Positions 17,343 to 24,901 of a DNA stretch of 64,000 bases are shown in pieces. Within the stretch, counting starts at the first letter, position 1; each line of letters opens with the position of its first letter. The stretch is from Euryarchaeota archaeon UBA19 (GTDB taxonomy: Archaea > Thermoplasmatota > Poseidoniia > Poseidoniales > Thalassarchaeaceae): the NCBI GenBank assembly GCA_002502175.1, contig DAPQ01000075.1, positions 9,170-73,169 of the forward strand, in the 5' to 3' direction. A model generated the notes under the pieces. It did no database searches. It saw only the letters and a list, made by a program, of their open reading frames with translations, and was not told where the DNA came from. The translations under genes and the position numbers were made by a program.

Positions 17343-19502
17343 ATGCAGAAGCCGGCCCGAAGGGCCGTGAGCCGGACCTCAAGTGTCATTTTGGTGCTAT
17401 TCATATTCCTAGTTGGAAGTGTTTCTCAAGTTACTGCTCAGGATAGTGAAAATACGGTAACTCTAATCGACAATTCCATTGATTTTGAGGAACCCAGTCC
17501 TATTTTCATCAGAATCTGGTGTCAGAAGTCATCATGCCCTGGAATGGAACTCAAAGTTACAACTCTAGAAGAAAATTATACAATTTCTGACTCAAATAGA
17601 ATTGAGCTATCATTCGAAGCTTCCGGACAGATTGATTTCCAAGTTACCGCCAACAGTGGTACATCATTGGATGATTTGAGATTCGAGATGAGTGAATGGG
17701 TAAATGCCGATTTCTCTTCGATAATTATTGAAGATGAGGATTGGTTAGATAATGTCCCCAGTCCAGGCATTACCGTTAACCAAGAAATTGTAGACCCCAT
17801 CTGGGATTGTCCCATCGATAATTGTCAAAAAATTGAGCCTTCGGGGACTCATTTGATAGTTGGATCACTTAATGATGGAACGGATAAAGATTCAATCCAA
17901 ATTGTTGGCAATCCAGGCGATATTATCGAAATGCCGTGGCCATTAATGCCTGAATCTGTAGAAATAGAATTTTGGCTTAGAAACGATTCCTCCAAGACTC
18001 TCCTAGAGGCCTTTGAAATCGACGATGACGGTTGGTTCCGGTTCGAATATCCTCAGGACGGAAATCTTTGGCTACGAGTAAAGCAACTGCCTGAAAATGA
18101 ATTGGCCGTTTATGAGTTGTACATTTTACGCCACCCTCCTAATTTAGAGGCTTCATGGGGGGAATTATCTGCCGACTGGGGTGAGTACGAACCATTGCCA
18201 TTCCCAACCGAGGCACAGACCCTTATCGGTTGGATTTCTCCAAGTGACTCAGAAGGGGACACTATTCGAGTAAAATCTGCGAGTAGAATGGAAATTTCAC
18301 CGAATTGTTGGGATAGGTTTGATGAAGTAAATTTCGAAGTATTCTTGATTTCTTCCAATGGGACTCTATCTGATGTAGAGGGCAATTGCGCAAATGCAAT
18401 AACGACTGATGTTGATACGGTGGCTTTGGAGTTTCGAATGACTTCAGAAAGTCTTGCAGAATGGAATATCGCCCTAACAGAGTATCCTAAGGGGGATGCA
18501 GGGGCGATGGGTGACGCCCCTGACAGACTATGGTTGGATTCTGAAGAATTAGGGAGTTGGCCTCAGATTTCTTTCAATGAAACCATTAATGCAAGGATGT
18601 CAGGGGATGAATTTGTTGATGTTTATTCCTTTGAGGTAACCTCTGCGAATGGCTCTAGATTACATATTGACGCAGATCTTACGCAACCAGTTAGTTACCA
18701 AATTTTTGTCCTTAATCAAGAAACATGGTCGATTCAGAATGCCTCAGATGGAGGATTAATCGATGCGCCCTATGGCGTCCATGCGATTAGGGTTGAGAAA
18801 ATAGGCGATGCTAGTTTGACATATTATGATTTTAAACTTGTAAATGGGGGGGAAGTTATCGATATTGATCCTGATTTATTCACCGACCAATCAAACCTGT
18901 TTACTGATTACTATATCTTTGCAGGGATTTTTCTTCTCGCCCCTGCTTTACTAGTCATTTTTTGGAATAGAAATCGTTGGAGAGACGGGCTCGGCCCAAT
19001 CGATATCGAACAGCATGAATTACGTAGATTAAGGCGATTACGTGAACGTCTGACTGCATTACTCGCAGAAGAAGATACCAATGAACAGGTAATCGATTCA
19101 GCCCTCCATCAACTAGGAGATAGTCCTTGGCGGGCTGTAGTTGAAGACTGGGGTGAGCCTTTACTCAGACATAACACAGAACAAGTAGAAATTTGTGCTT
19201 GGAGAATAAACGATGAAAGGGCCACGATGCTGATTGGAATTCATGTCTCGGACACCCCTTGGGAATTGGCTGCAATGCGAGTTTATGCACCGGAAGGATC
19301 GAGTGTAAATATTGCAGAAGTATCACCTAGGCACCTCTTCAATGGTGATGAGATATTCTTGGACACATTATCTCCTCAAACCAGCACATTCCTCAGATTA
19401 ACCATCTCAGGAGAACCTTCGAATATTGGCTTCCACCTTTCCGGATTGGTAAACGGAGAGCCCTTGGCAGCAGTACCTAACAGAGCGATAGACTGGTCAT
19501 GA
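17343..19502 (+). CDS. Hypothetical single-pass membrane protein with PPC-like (pre-peptidase C-terminal) ectodomains and a roughly 190-aa cytoplasmic domain
   Basis: Signal peptide VILVLFIFLVGSVSQVTAQ. Segments such as GTDKDSIQIVGNPGDIIEM and SGDEFVDVYSFEVTSANGSRLHIDADL resemble PPC domains. TM helix YYIFAGIFLLAPALLVIFW. The start could instead be GTG 17367. Confidence 0.65.
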   Translation: MQKPARRAVSRTSSVILVLFIFLVGSVSQVTAQDSENTVTLIDNSIDFEEPSPIFIRIWCQKSSCPGMELKVTTLEENYTISDSNRIELSFEASGQIDFQVTANSGTSLDDLRFEMSEWVNADFSSIIIEDEDWLDNVPSPGITVNQEIVDPIWDCPIDNCQKIEPSGTHLIVGSLNDGTDKDSIQIVGNPGDIIEMPWPLMPESVEIEFWLRNDSSKTLLEAFEIDDDGWFRFEYPQDGNLWLRVKQLPENELAVYELYILRHPPNLEASWGELSADWGEYEPLPFPTEAQTLIGWISPSDSEGDTIRVKSASRMEISPNCWDRFDEVNFEVFLISSNGTLSDVEGNCANAITTDVDTVALEFRMTSESLAEWNIALTEYPKGDAGAMGDAPDRLWLDSEELGSWPQISFNETINARMSGDEFVDVYSFEVTSANGSRLHIDADLTQPVSYQIFVLNQETWSIQNASDGGLIDAPYGVHAIRVEKIGDASLTYYDFKLVNGGEVIDIDPDLFTDQSNLFTDYYIFAGIFLLAPALLVIFWNRNRWRDGLGPIDIEQHELRRLRRLRERLTALLAEEDTNEQVIDSALHQLGDSPWRAVVEDWGEPLLRHNTEQVEICAWRINDERATMLIGIHVSDTPWELAAMRVYAPEGSSVNIAEVSPRHLFNGDEIFLDTLSPQTSTFLRLTISGEPSNIGFHLSGLVNGEPLAAVPNRAIDWS

Positions 19503-20639
19503 ACGGCGCCTATCTCTTGCTTCATTGATGATGTCATCAGTGATCGATACGCCGCTAGCCAAATCTTCCTTCAATTCATTTAGTTGCTTTTTGGTAGAGC
19601 GCGATAGCTTATTCGGCATTGAGAGTTTTAACAGAACCATTACCGCACCTCTTCCTCTGCCACCTCTTGGATAAGGTAAGCCTCGATTTGGTATTGTAAC
19701 AGTCTCTCCTGGTTTTGAACCTGGGCTAATACTAACAGTTAGATTTGAATCATCGATGTGTGGAATTTCAATATTTGTCCCTAACACAAGGTCAACATAA
19801 CTTACTGGAAGAGCCATCAACAAATCCGAACCATCTCTTTCAAACCAATCATGCTCTTCTACCTCAATTTCAATGTACAAATTACCTGGTTTTCCATTTT
19901 GATGCCTAGGAGATTCTCCGTGCCCACTCAATCTCAATCTAGTTCCACTCTCAATACCTGCAGGGACACTAAATTTGACTTTCTTTGGTTGTTCGGCTCG
20001 TCCTTCCCCATTACAATTTTTACACGGATTTTGGATGATTTTACCATCGCCTCCACATGCTCTGCAATCCTGGGTTACTTGTTGTTGGAAAGGACCTATT
20101 CTTTCTATCCGAGTTAGCCTCCCTCTTCCATCACAAGTTGGACAAACCCTGACACCATCAGGCGTTTGGGAACCACTTCCCTCACAACTATCACAACGAT
20201 TCAATACGTCGATTTCTATTTCGTCATCAAGTCCAGTAAAGGCATCTTGGAAACTAATCACATGGCGAATCAGAAGGTCGGCCCCTCGTGAAGATCGTTG
20301 TCTAGAACCGCCGCCGAAAAGAGATGAGAAAATCGAGTCAAAACCACCTCCGAATAAGTCGTCGATACTGATATTGACACCTTGGAACCCTCCTGCCCCC
20401 CATGGTGATCCACCAGGGCGATCATGGCCGAACATGTCGTACTTTCTTCTTTCATCCGGATTAGATAGAATAGCGTATGCTTCCTGTACTTCCTTGAAGC
20501 GGGCTTCCGCCTCAGGGTCATCTGGATTCTTATCCGGATGAAATTCTCTAGCCTTGGAGCGGAAGGCTTTCTTGATATCAGAGTCAGACGCTTTCCGGTC
20601 TAACCCTAATACCTCATAGTAGTCTCTCTTCTGACTCAA
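19497..20639 (-). CDS. dnaJ: Chaperone DnaJ (Hsp40, type I)
   Basis: J-domain DYYEVLGL...FHPDKN, a G/F-rich linker and four CxxCxGxG knuckles (CDSCEGSG, CPTCDGRG, CRACGGDG, CKNCNGEG). TTG start with an SD core. Confidence 0.92.
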   Translation of the reverse strand: MSQKRDYYEVLGLDRKASDSDIKKAFRSKAREFHPDKNPDDPEAEARFKEVQEAYAILSNPDERRKYDMFGHDRPGGSPWGAGGFQGVNISIDDLFGGGFDSIFSSLFGGGSRQRSSRGADLLIRHVISFQDAFTGLDDEIEIDVLNRCDSCEGSGSQTPDGVRVCPTCDGRGRLTRIERIGPFQQQVTQDCRACGGDGKIIQNPCKNCNGEGRAEQPKKVKFSVPAGIESGTRLRLSGHGESPRHQNGKPGNLYIEIEVEEHDWFERDGSDLLMALPVSYVDLVLGTNIEIPHIDDSNLTVSISPGSKPGETVTIPNRGLPYPRGGRGRGAVMVLLKLSMPNKLSRSTKKQLNELKEDLASGVSITDDIINEARDRRRS

Positions 20640-20644
20640 GCGAC

Positions 20645-20650
20645 CACCAC
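20645..20650 (-). promoter_or_regulatory. Shine-Dalgarno-like GTGGTG upstream of dnaJ TTG start
   Basis: The minus strand reads ttgtGGTGgtcgcTTG. The GGTG core lies 5 nt from the start. Confidence 0.45.
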
Positions 20651-20692
20651 AACCAATGCTCCAACGCGCCTGTTTTCAACCCATTGGAATGC

Positions 20693-21556
20693 TTACAGAA
20701 AAGCGCCGCAACTACTACAGTATGCAGTGCCGCTATTGTTTACCGCTCCGCACTCTTGGCAGGAAATTACAGATTGTGCAATGGATGAGGGAACTGCGGG
20801 CTGCCATTGAGAGTCTTCCATTGCATCCCAGTTAGTTTCTGAAGAGGGTGATTTTGATTTCTTTGCTGCAGCTTTTTCAGCTTTGGCAGCAGCCTTTGCG
20901 GCTATTTTCTCCGCTTTAGCAGCAGCCTTTGCTTCCTTCTTAGCTTGTTTTATTGCCCTCTTTTCGTCTTTTGCAATCTGCTTTTCTCGGCGGGCTAATT
21001 CTTTTGCAAGGCGTCGTTGAGCGGAAGCTTCTGCACTGGCTCCTAACGCTCCCGCAGGCTTGTTGTCTTCTTCTGATTGAGTTGCGTTCGTATCGGAATT
21101 ATATGATACACCTTCCACTTGTACATCTACATCCATCCGCGAATCTTCCGAATCTAGTTCGAGTTCGGAGCCTTCTTTATTCAAATCCGATATTCTACCA
21201 CTCATTCTCTTTTGAAATCTTAAGCCCGCTCTCCCTCTAGGTTCACTACGGGCTTGAGCCTCCAATTTTTCCAATGCGGAATCCCCACGACTCCACAGAC
21301 CTTTATCCTCAAGTCGGTACATACTTGATAGCCCCTTGATTGCACTAGAACGATGATATTCGTGGTCCTCAACAACTCGATACTTTAGATACATGATTAT
21401 TCCTAAAATTACCGCAATCGTGTGAATAATCGCTTGGGCGATTAAGTCTTGTTTGAGTAATTCCTCGATGTTTGGTAGCCCAAACCTAAGCGCTACCACA
21501 CATATTGTAGGCGCTAGAAGCAACCCCGCGCTAATCAACGGAGAACGCTGTGCCAT
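20693..21556 (-). CDS. Hypothetical membrane protein with Lys/Ala-rich repeat region and C-terminal zinc ribbon
   Basis: Two N-terminal hydrophobic helices (LISAGLLLAPTICVVALRF; IIHTIAVILGIIMYL). K/A-rich low-complexity tract AKKEAKAAAKAEKIAAKAAAKAEKAAAKK (about nt 20855-21016). C-terminal CQECG...CSSCG. ATG 21556 is preferred over the listed 21622. Confidence 0.6.
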   Translation of the reverse strand: MAQRSPLISAGLLLAPTICVVALRFGLPNIEELLKQDLIAQAIIHTIAVILGIIMYLKYRVVEDHEYHRSSAIKGLSSMYRLEDKGLWSRGDSALEKLEAQARSEPRGRAGLRFQKRMSGRISDLNKEGSELELDSEDSRMDVDVQVEGVSYNSDTNATQSEEDNKPAGALGASAEASAQRRLAKELARREKQIAKDEKRAIKQAKKEAKAAAKAEKIAAKAAAKAEKAAAKKSKSPSSETNWDAMEDSQWQPAVPSSIAQSVISCQECGAVNNSGTAYCSSCGAFL

Positions 21557-21651
21557 AGACGCGCCTCGCAAATCAATGGTTTGAATTATTCGTGAACATG
21601 GGAGGCGGATTATCCACAGCAATCATGACCTATGCACATCCTCGGTTAGGT

Positions 21652-22170
21652 ATGGAACCGGAGATTACTGTCTCCACCATAGTCAAAACCCATGAAAATT
21701 TCACACTTGTCAAGAAGGCAATTAAGTCACTATTTCCTGATTGGGATTGCGAAATTACGGCGGAGGGTGAAAGTTATCCAGTCACCAGAGAGGATTCCAA
21801 ACTTTCTGGAAATTCTCAATCTTTAACTGGTATAATCGAATATTGCTCAACTAATCGGATTTTAGATACTGCATTTGATGCTATGACGATGAACCTACAG
21901 GGAGATTCCACTCATTTTCAATTATCTAGACAGGCTGCATTTGTAGGCAAGGTTGCATTTGTAGTAGAGGAAGTGCCTCTCGGAGGAGTTATGAAAGTAT
22001 CATTACAAGGTGAAGACCTGGGGTTGTGGCTTGAGCAAGCTACCTGGCATGAGGGCAGAAATAACATACCAAGAAGTCTAGGCGATGACCTCAGTATGGA
22101 CGAGGATGGAACTCCTGTAGAATGGTTTGATAATAAGGGCAATAGAACCATGAATTCAAATCAAGAATAG
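21652..22170 (+). CDS. Possible UPF0201-family (COG1931-like) RNA-binding protein
   Basis: The N-terminus MEPEITVSTIVKTHENFTLVKKAIKSLFPDWD resembles the UPF0201 pattern (M-x-V-x-V-x-A-x-V-x-P-T-E-D-x-E-K-V-x-x-A-I-x-N-x-F-P) from memory. The listed ORF starts at 21592 and overlaps the divergent gene. Confidence 0.45.
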   Translation: MEPEITVSTIVKTHENFTLVKKAIKSLFPDWDCEITAEGESYPVTREDSKLSGNSQSLTGIIEYCSTNRILDTAFDAMTMNLQGDSTHFQLSRQAAFVGKVAFVVEEVPLGGVMKVSLQGEDLGLWLEQATWHEGRNNIPRSLGDDLSMDEDGTPVEWFDNKGNRTMNSNQE

Positions 22171-23159
22171 GGAATTCCTGATTCCATCCACTCCTCAATC
22201 AAAGGTTCATCGGCTGGAAGCCACTTTACACTATTGAGTGAAGATTGGTCTAACCACGAAATCAAATCGTGTTCTTTTGCAACAATAGATTCCTGATCAA
22301 CAACTCCACAATCCCAGATAGACAATGAAATGAATCGATCCTCGTACTCATATTCAAGAGATGCAACTCTACTTTTTGGGTTAACAATGATTCCTAATTC
22401 TTCGATGATTTCCCTCCGTAATGCCTCCTTCTCAGTTTCACCTTCATCGATCTTACCTCCTGGAAATTCCCACCAACCAGCCCAAACATCTTGGGGCGGT
22501 CTCCTACAAGCTAAAATACGCCTTTCAGAATCAAACAAGAGAGCACCTACGACTTCTAACTTAGGTTTAGATGCCAGTGTTTTGATAATACGAGAAATGA
22601 CTTCCATTTGCCTTGTATGTGAAATCTCAGATTCTGGCGGCAAATGGATAAAAATTGCTGGTGTTTTTTCACCCATTAATTCTATCGAATTTAATGTCCT
22701 GTAGATTGTTTCGTTACAGACAAATTGACCAGCAGAATTGCTCCAAACTACATCTTCATCATTTTCAAATTCCTCATCCAAAATATGCTTTGAAACCGTT
22801 GTTTGGTACTTTTCAGGCCCTAGCTCGAGGATGATTTCTTCGACCATTCTTCCCGAGTTATCTGGAATCCTAAATTTAGAGTAATTATGAGCCCACCTTT
22901 CCAATGAAATTTCCTTTCTAGATTCGGCCAATCCTAGTTGGATGATTGCGTCATATTTCTCTCCATGCTCAATTAGGTTGGATACTCTTCGTGAACCCTC
23001 TTCATCACATGTCAATAATTCAGTTTCTAATTTTATTCCATTAATTCCAGTAGATTCGAAAGCCAACATTATTTTCTTTGACATATTCTCATCGTGTCCT
23101 CCAAATTCTGGGAATGATGTAAGCAGAACTCTGGGTTTCACGTGCCACCGAAGGGCCAT
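22161..23159 (-). CDS. Fusion protein: pyroglutamyl-peptidase I-like (C15) N-domain + Nudix (MutT-like) C-domain
   Basis: C15 hallmarks LGLAESRKEISLERWAHN (Glu), SNSAGQFVCNETIY (Cys) and PAIFIHLP (His). Nudix box GGKIDEGETEKEALRREIIEELGI in the C-terminal 130 aa. Confidence 0.75.
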   Translation of the reverse strand: MALRWHVKPRVLLTSFPEFGGHDENMSKKIMLAFESTGINGIKLETELLTCDEEGSRRVSNLIEHGEKYDAIIQLGLAESRKEISLERWAHNYSKFRIPDNSGRMVEEIILELGPEKYQTTVSKHILDEEFENDEDVVWSNSAGQFVCNETIYRTLNSIELMGEKTPAIFIHLPPESEISHTRQMEVISRIIKTLASKPKLEVVGALLFDSERRILACRRPPQDVWAGWWEFPGGKIDEGETEKEALRREIIEELGIIVNPKSRVASLEYEYEDRFISLSIWDCGVVDQESIVAKEHDLISWLDQSSLNSVKWLPADEPLIEEWMESGIPYS

Positions 23160-23226
23160 CCATAGTTGTGTCTTGCGTGGTCAAAGAATCGTCATATTCA
23201 TTCGCCAAAGGCCTGACCATGGGGTA

Positions 23227-23556
23227 ATGACTGCGGATTACGTCGTTGAGGTTGTCGACGATGAGGTGGATGGCGCAGGTCCATTAGGCGTCGTCAGAGT
23301 GATCTGGTACGAAATTAGTGGTGGCATAGGTCCATGGGGTGCATTGAGGCCATTAATCGCCATCGCTTTGGCATTGATACCTTTCTTATTCATTGGCCAA
23401 CATTTCAATAGACAACATCGAAAAGCCGCTAGTTGGTTTGCAGTTCAATTTCCACTAATCCTTACCGTTGTATTATGGCCTGTACTCTACATTTGGTCTA
23501 TTGGCGATGCCTGGTGGGTTTCAAGCGGAATAGTCGCACGGGCCGAATCGAGTTAG
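23227..23556 (+). CDS. Small hypothetical two-TM membrane protein (109 aa)
   Basis: The ATG 23227 portion of the listed ORF lies outside the antisense gene. Two hydrophobic helices (LRPLIAIALALIPFLFIG; WFAVQFPLILTVVLWPVLYIW). Its stop codon is embedded in the SD of trhO (TAGGTGATC), suggesting translational coupling. Confidence 0.5.
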   Translation: MTADYVVEVVDDEVDGAGPLGVVRVIWYEISGGIGPWGALRPLIAIALALIPFLFIGQHFNRQHRKAASWFAVQFPLILTVVLWPVLYIWSIGDAWWVSSGIVARAESS

Positions 23557-23562
23557 GTGATC
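23555..23562 (+). promoter_or_regulatory. Shine-Dalgarno AGGTGATC upstream of trhO
   Basis: Eight-nt match to the GGAGGTGATC consensus. The GGTG core lies 5 nt from ATG 23565 and overlaps the upstream TAG stop. Confidence 0.6.
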
Positions 23563-23564
23563 GA

Positions 23565-24386
23565 ATGACTGCTGAAATCGTCAATATTGCCGGATATCGC
23601 TTCGTTGACCTTCCAGATCGAGACAAGCTTCGTGCCCCCTTCAAATCAACTTGTGATGAACTAGGTTTACTAGGTACAATTTTGTTAAGCCATGAAGGAA
23701 TCAATTTCTTCCTCTCTGGAAAACAATCCGCAATTGACCATTTTTTGAAATACCTAGAATCTGATAACAGGTTCAAGGGAATTCCAATTAAGATATCCTA
23801 TAGTGATAGGATGTCATTTAGAAGGATGAATGTTAGATTGAAGAACGAAATTATTTCCCTTGGTCTAGATTCTATACGCCCTGCAGAATCAACTGGTGAA
23901 TCGATCACACCTCATGAATTCAAAACATGGTTGGACCAAGGTAGAGAAATTGTTGTTCTAGACACTAGAAATGATTACGAGGTTCGATTAGGTACATTCG
24001 AAGGAGCAATCGACCTCAATTTATCCACTTTCCGTGCCTTTCCCGATGCTGTTTCAGAGGCTGAAATTGACAAAAATGAGACTGTGGTAATGTTCTGCAC
24101 AGGCGGCATCCGTTGTGAAAAAGCTAGTGCGGTTATGATGCAACAGGGATGGTCGGACGTCAGACAATTGGAGGGAGGTATACTCGGCTACTTCGAAGAG
24201 GTCGGCGGAGACCATTGGAATGGAGATTGTTTCGTATTTGATAGAAGGGTTGCTGTAGATCCAGCATTAGAAGAGACCACAACTCAGATGTGCTGGGCTT
24301 GCAGAGAACCACTAACCGAAGAAGAAATGCAAAGCGAACAATATGTTGTTACCAAATCTTGCCCGTATTGTATTGTGGAAAACTAG
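23565..24386 (+). CDS. trhO: Rhodanese-domain tRNA uridine(34) hydroxylase-like protein (UPF0176 / YceA-TrhO family)
   Basis: Closely parallels E. coli YceA from memory: LSHEGINFFLSG, VMFCTGGIRCEKASAVM (active-site Cys loop), GGILGYFEE, CFVFDRRVAV and a C-terminal CWAC...CPYC. ATG 23565 is preferred over the listed 23433. Confidence 0.85.
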   Translation: MTAEIVNIAGYRFVDLPDRDKLRAPFKSTCDELGLLGTILLSHEGINFFLSGKQSAIDHFLKYLESDNRFKGIPIKISYSDRMSFRRMNVRLKNEIISLGLDSIRPAESTGESITPHEFKTWLDQGREIVVLDTRNDYEVRLGTFEGAIDLNLSTFRAFPDAVSEAEIDKNETVVMFCTGGIRCEKASAVMMQQGWSDVRQLEGGILGYFEEVGGDHWNGDCFVFDRRVAVDPALEETTTQMCWACREPLTEEEMQSEQYVVTKSCPYCIVEN

Positions 24387-24868
24387 AATCCTTCAGGCAA
24401 CTCCATCGGACTAAACAGATGACCTGGGCTTGTTGCTTCGGCCATTTGAATTCTCAATCTCATTTCCCAATCTCGAAGTAATGTCAGAGCAGAAGAAAAT
24501 GGAATCTCTGCACCGTTGATGATCACTCTCATCATAGTATCCAAGATATCCATTCTATCTTCATCTAGTGTCCCAAGCAGTTTATCCAACGGAAAAGAAT
24601 CTATTGTAGGCACAGTCAAATCTGTATCTATCTTCCACGCTTCAGAGATATTTTTTGGGATTTGTTCCCCACTTGCAGATGCCGCCCGTTCAAGTGATTC
24701 TAATAGTGCTCGAATGTATTTTGAGACAACTAAGGATACTTCAATCACAGGTAGGTTATACTGTTTGACGAAATTTACCATGTTTTCTTGCAGAAATAGC
24801 AATCTTTCCTCGATTGGGGCATCAACCCCTGGTATCTTGGCATTCTCGTCCACAGTCAATCCTCGCAA
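24383..24868 (-). CDS. Hypothetical protein (161 aa)
   Basis: ORF with no recognisable motif. TTG start, with alternative in-frame TTG/GTG starts nearby. It fills the gap between trhO and the giant TSP3 gene. Confidence 0.5.
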   Translation of the reverse strand: MRGLTVDENAKIPGVDAPIEERLLFLQENMVNFVKQYNLPVIEVSLVVSKYIRALLESLERAASASGEQIPKNISEAWKIDTDLTVPTIDSFPLDKLLGTLDEDRMDILDTMMRVIINGAEIPFSSALTLLRDWEMRLRIQMAEATSPGHLFSPMELPEGF

Positions 24869-24883
24869 ACCTTACTGATGAAA

Positions 24884-24898
24884 CAACCGAATAGGTTG
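24884..24898 (-). terminator. Hairpin CAACC-GAATA-GGTTG just after the stop of the 1917-aa gene
   Basis: Perfect 5-bp stem with a 5-nt loop, 4 nt downstream of the stop at 24902. Confidence 0.25.
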
Positions 24899-24901
24899 CC
24901 C

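Noticed and set aside
20855-21016. Periodic GCAGC/TTTGC-rich DNA that at first looked like a tandem or CRISPR-like repeat.
   Set aside because: It is the coding sequence of a K/A-rich low-complexity tract (AKAAAKAEK...) inside a continuous ORF. It has no repeat-spacer structure.
22942-23226. N-terminal 95 codons of the listed 204-aa ORF 22942-23556.
   Set aside because: This part is antisense to the Pcp-Nudix gene. Only the portion from ATG 23227, lying in the intergenic space with two TM helices and coupled to trhO, is kept as a candidate gene.
24875-24881. CTGATGA resembles a C/D-box sRNA C box (RUGAUGA) in the 33-nt spacer after the giant TSP3 gene.
   Set aside because: The first base is C rather than a purine. 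No D box (CUGA) with a terminal stem lies at the right distance. The spacer is too short for a C/D sRNA, and most of the candidate would lie inside coding sequence.
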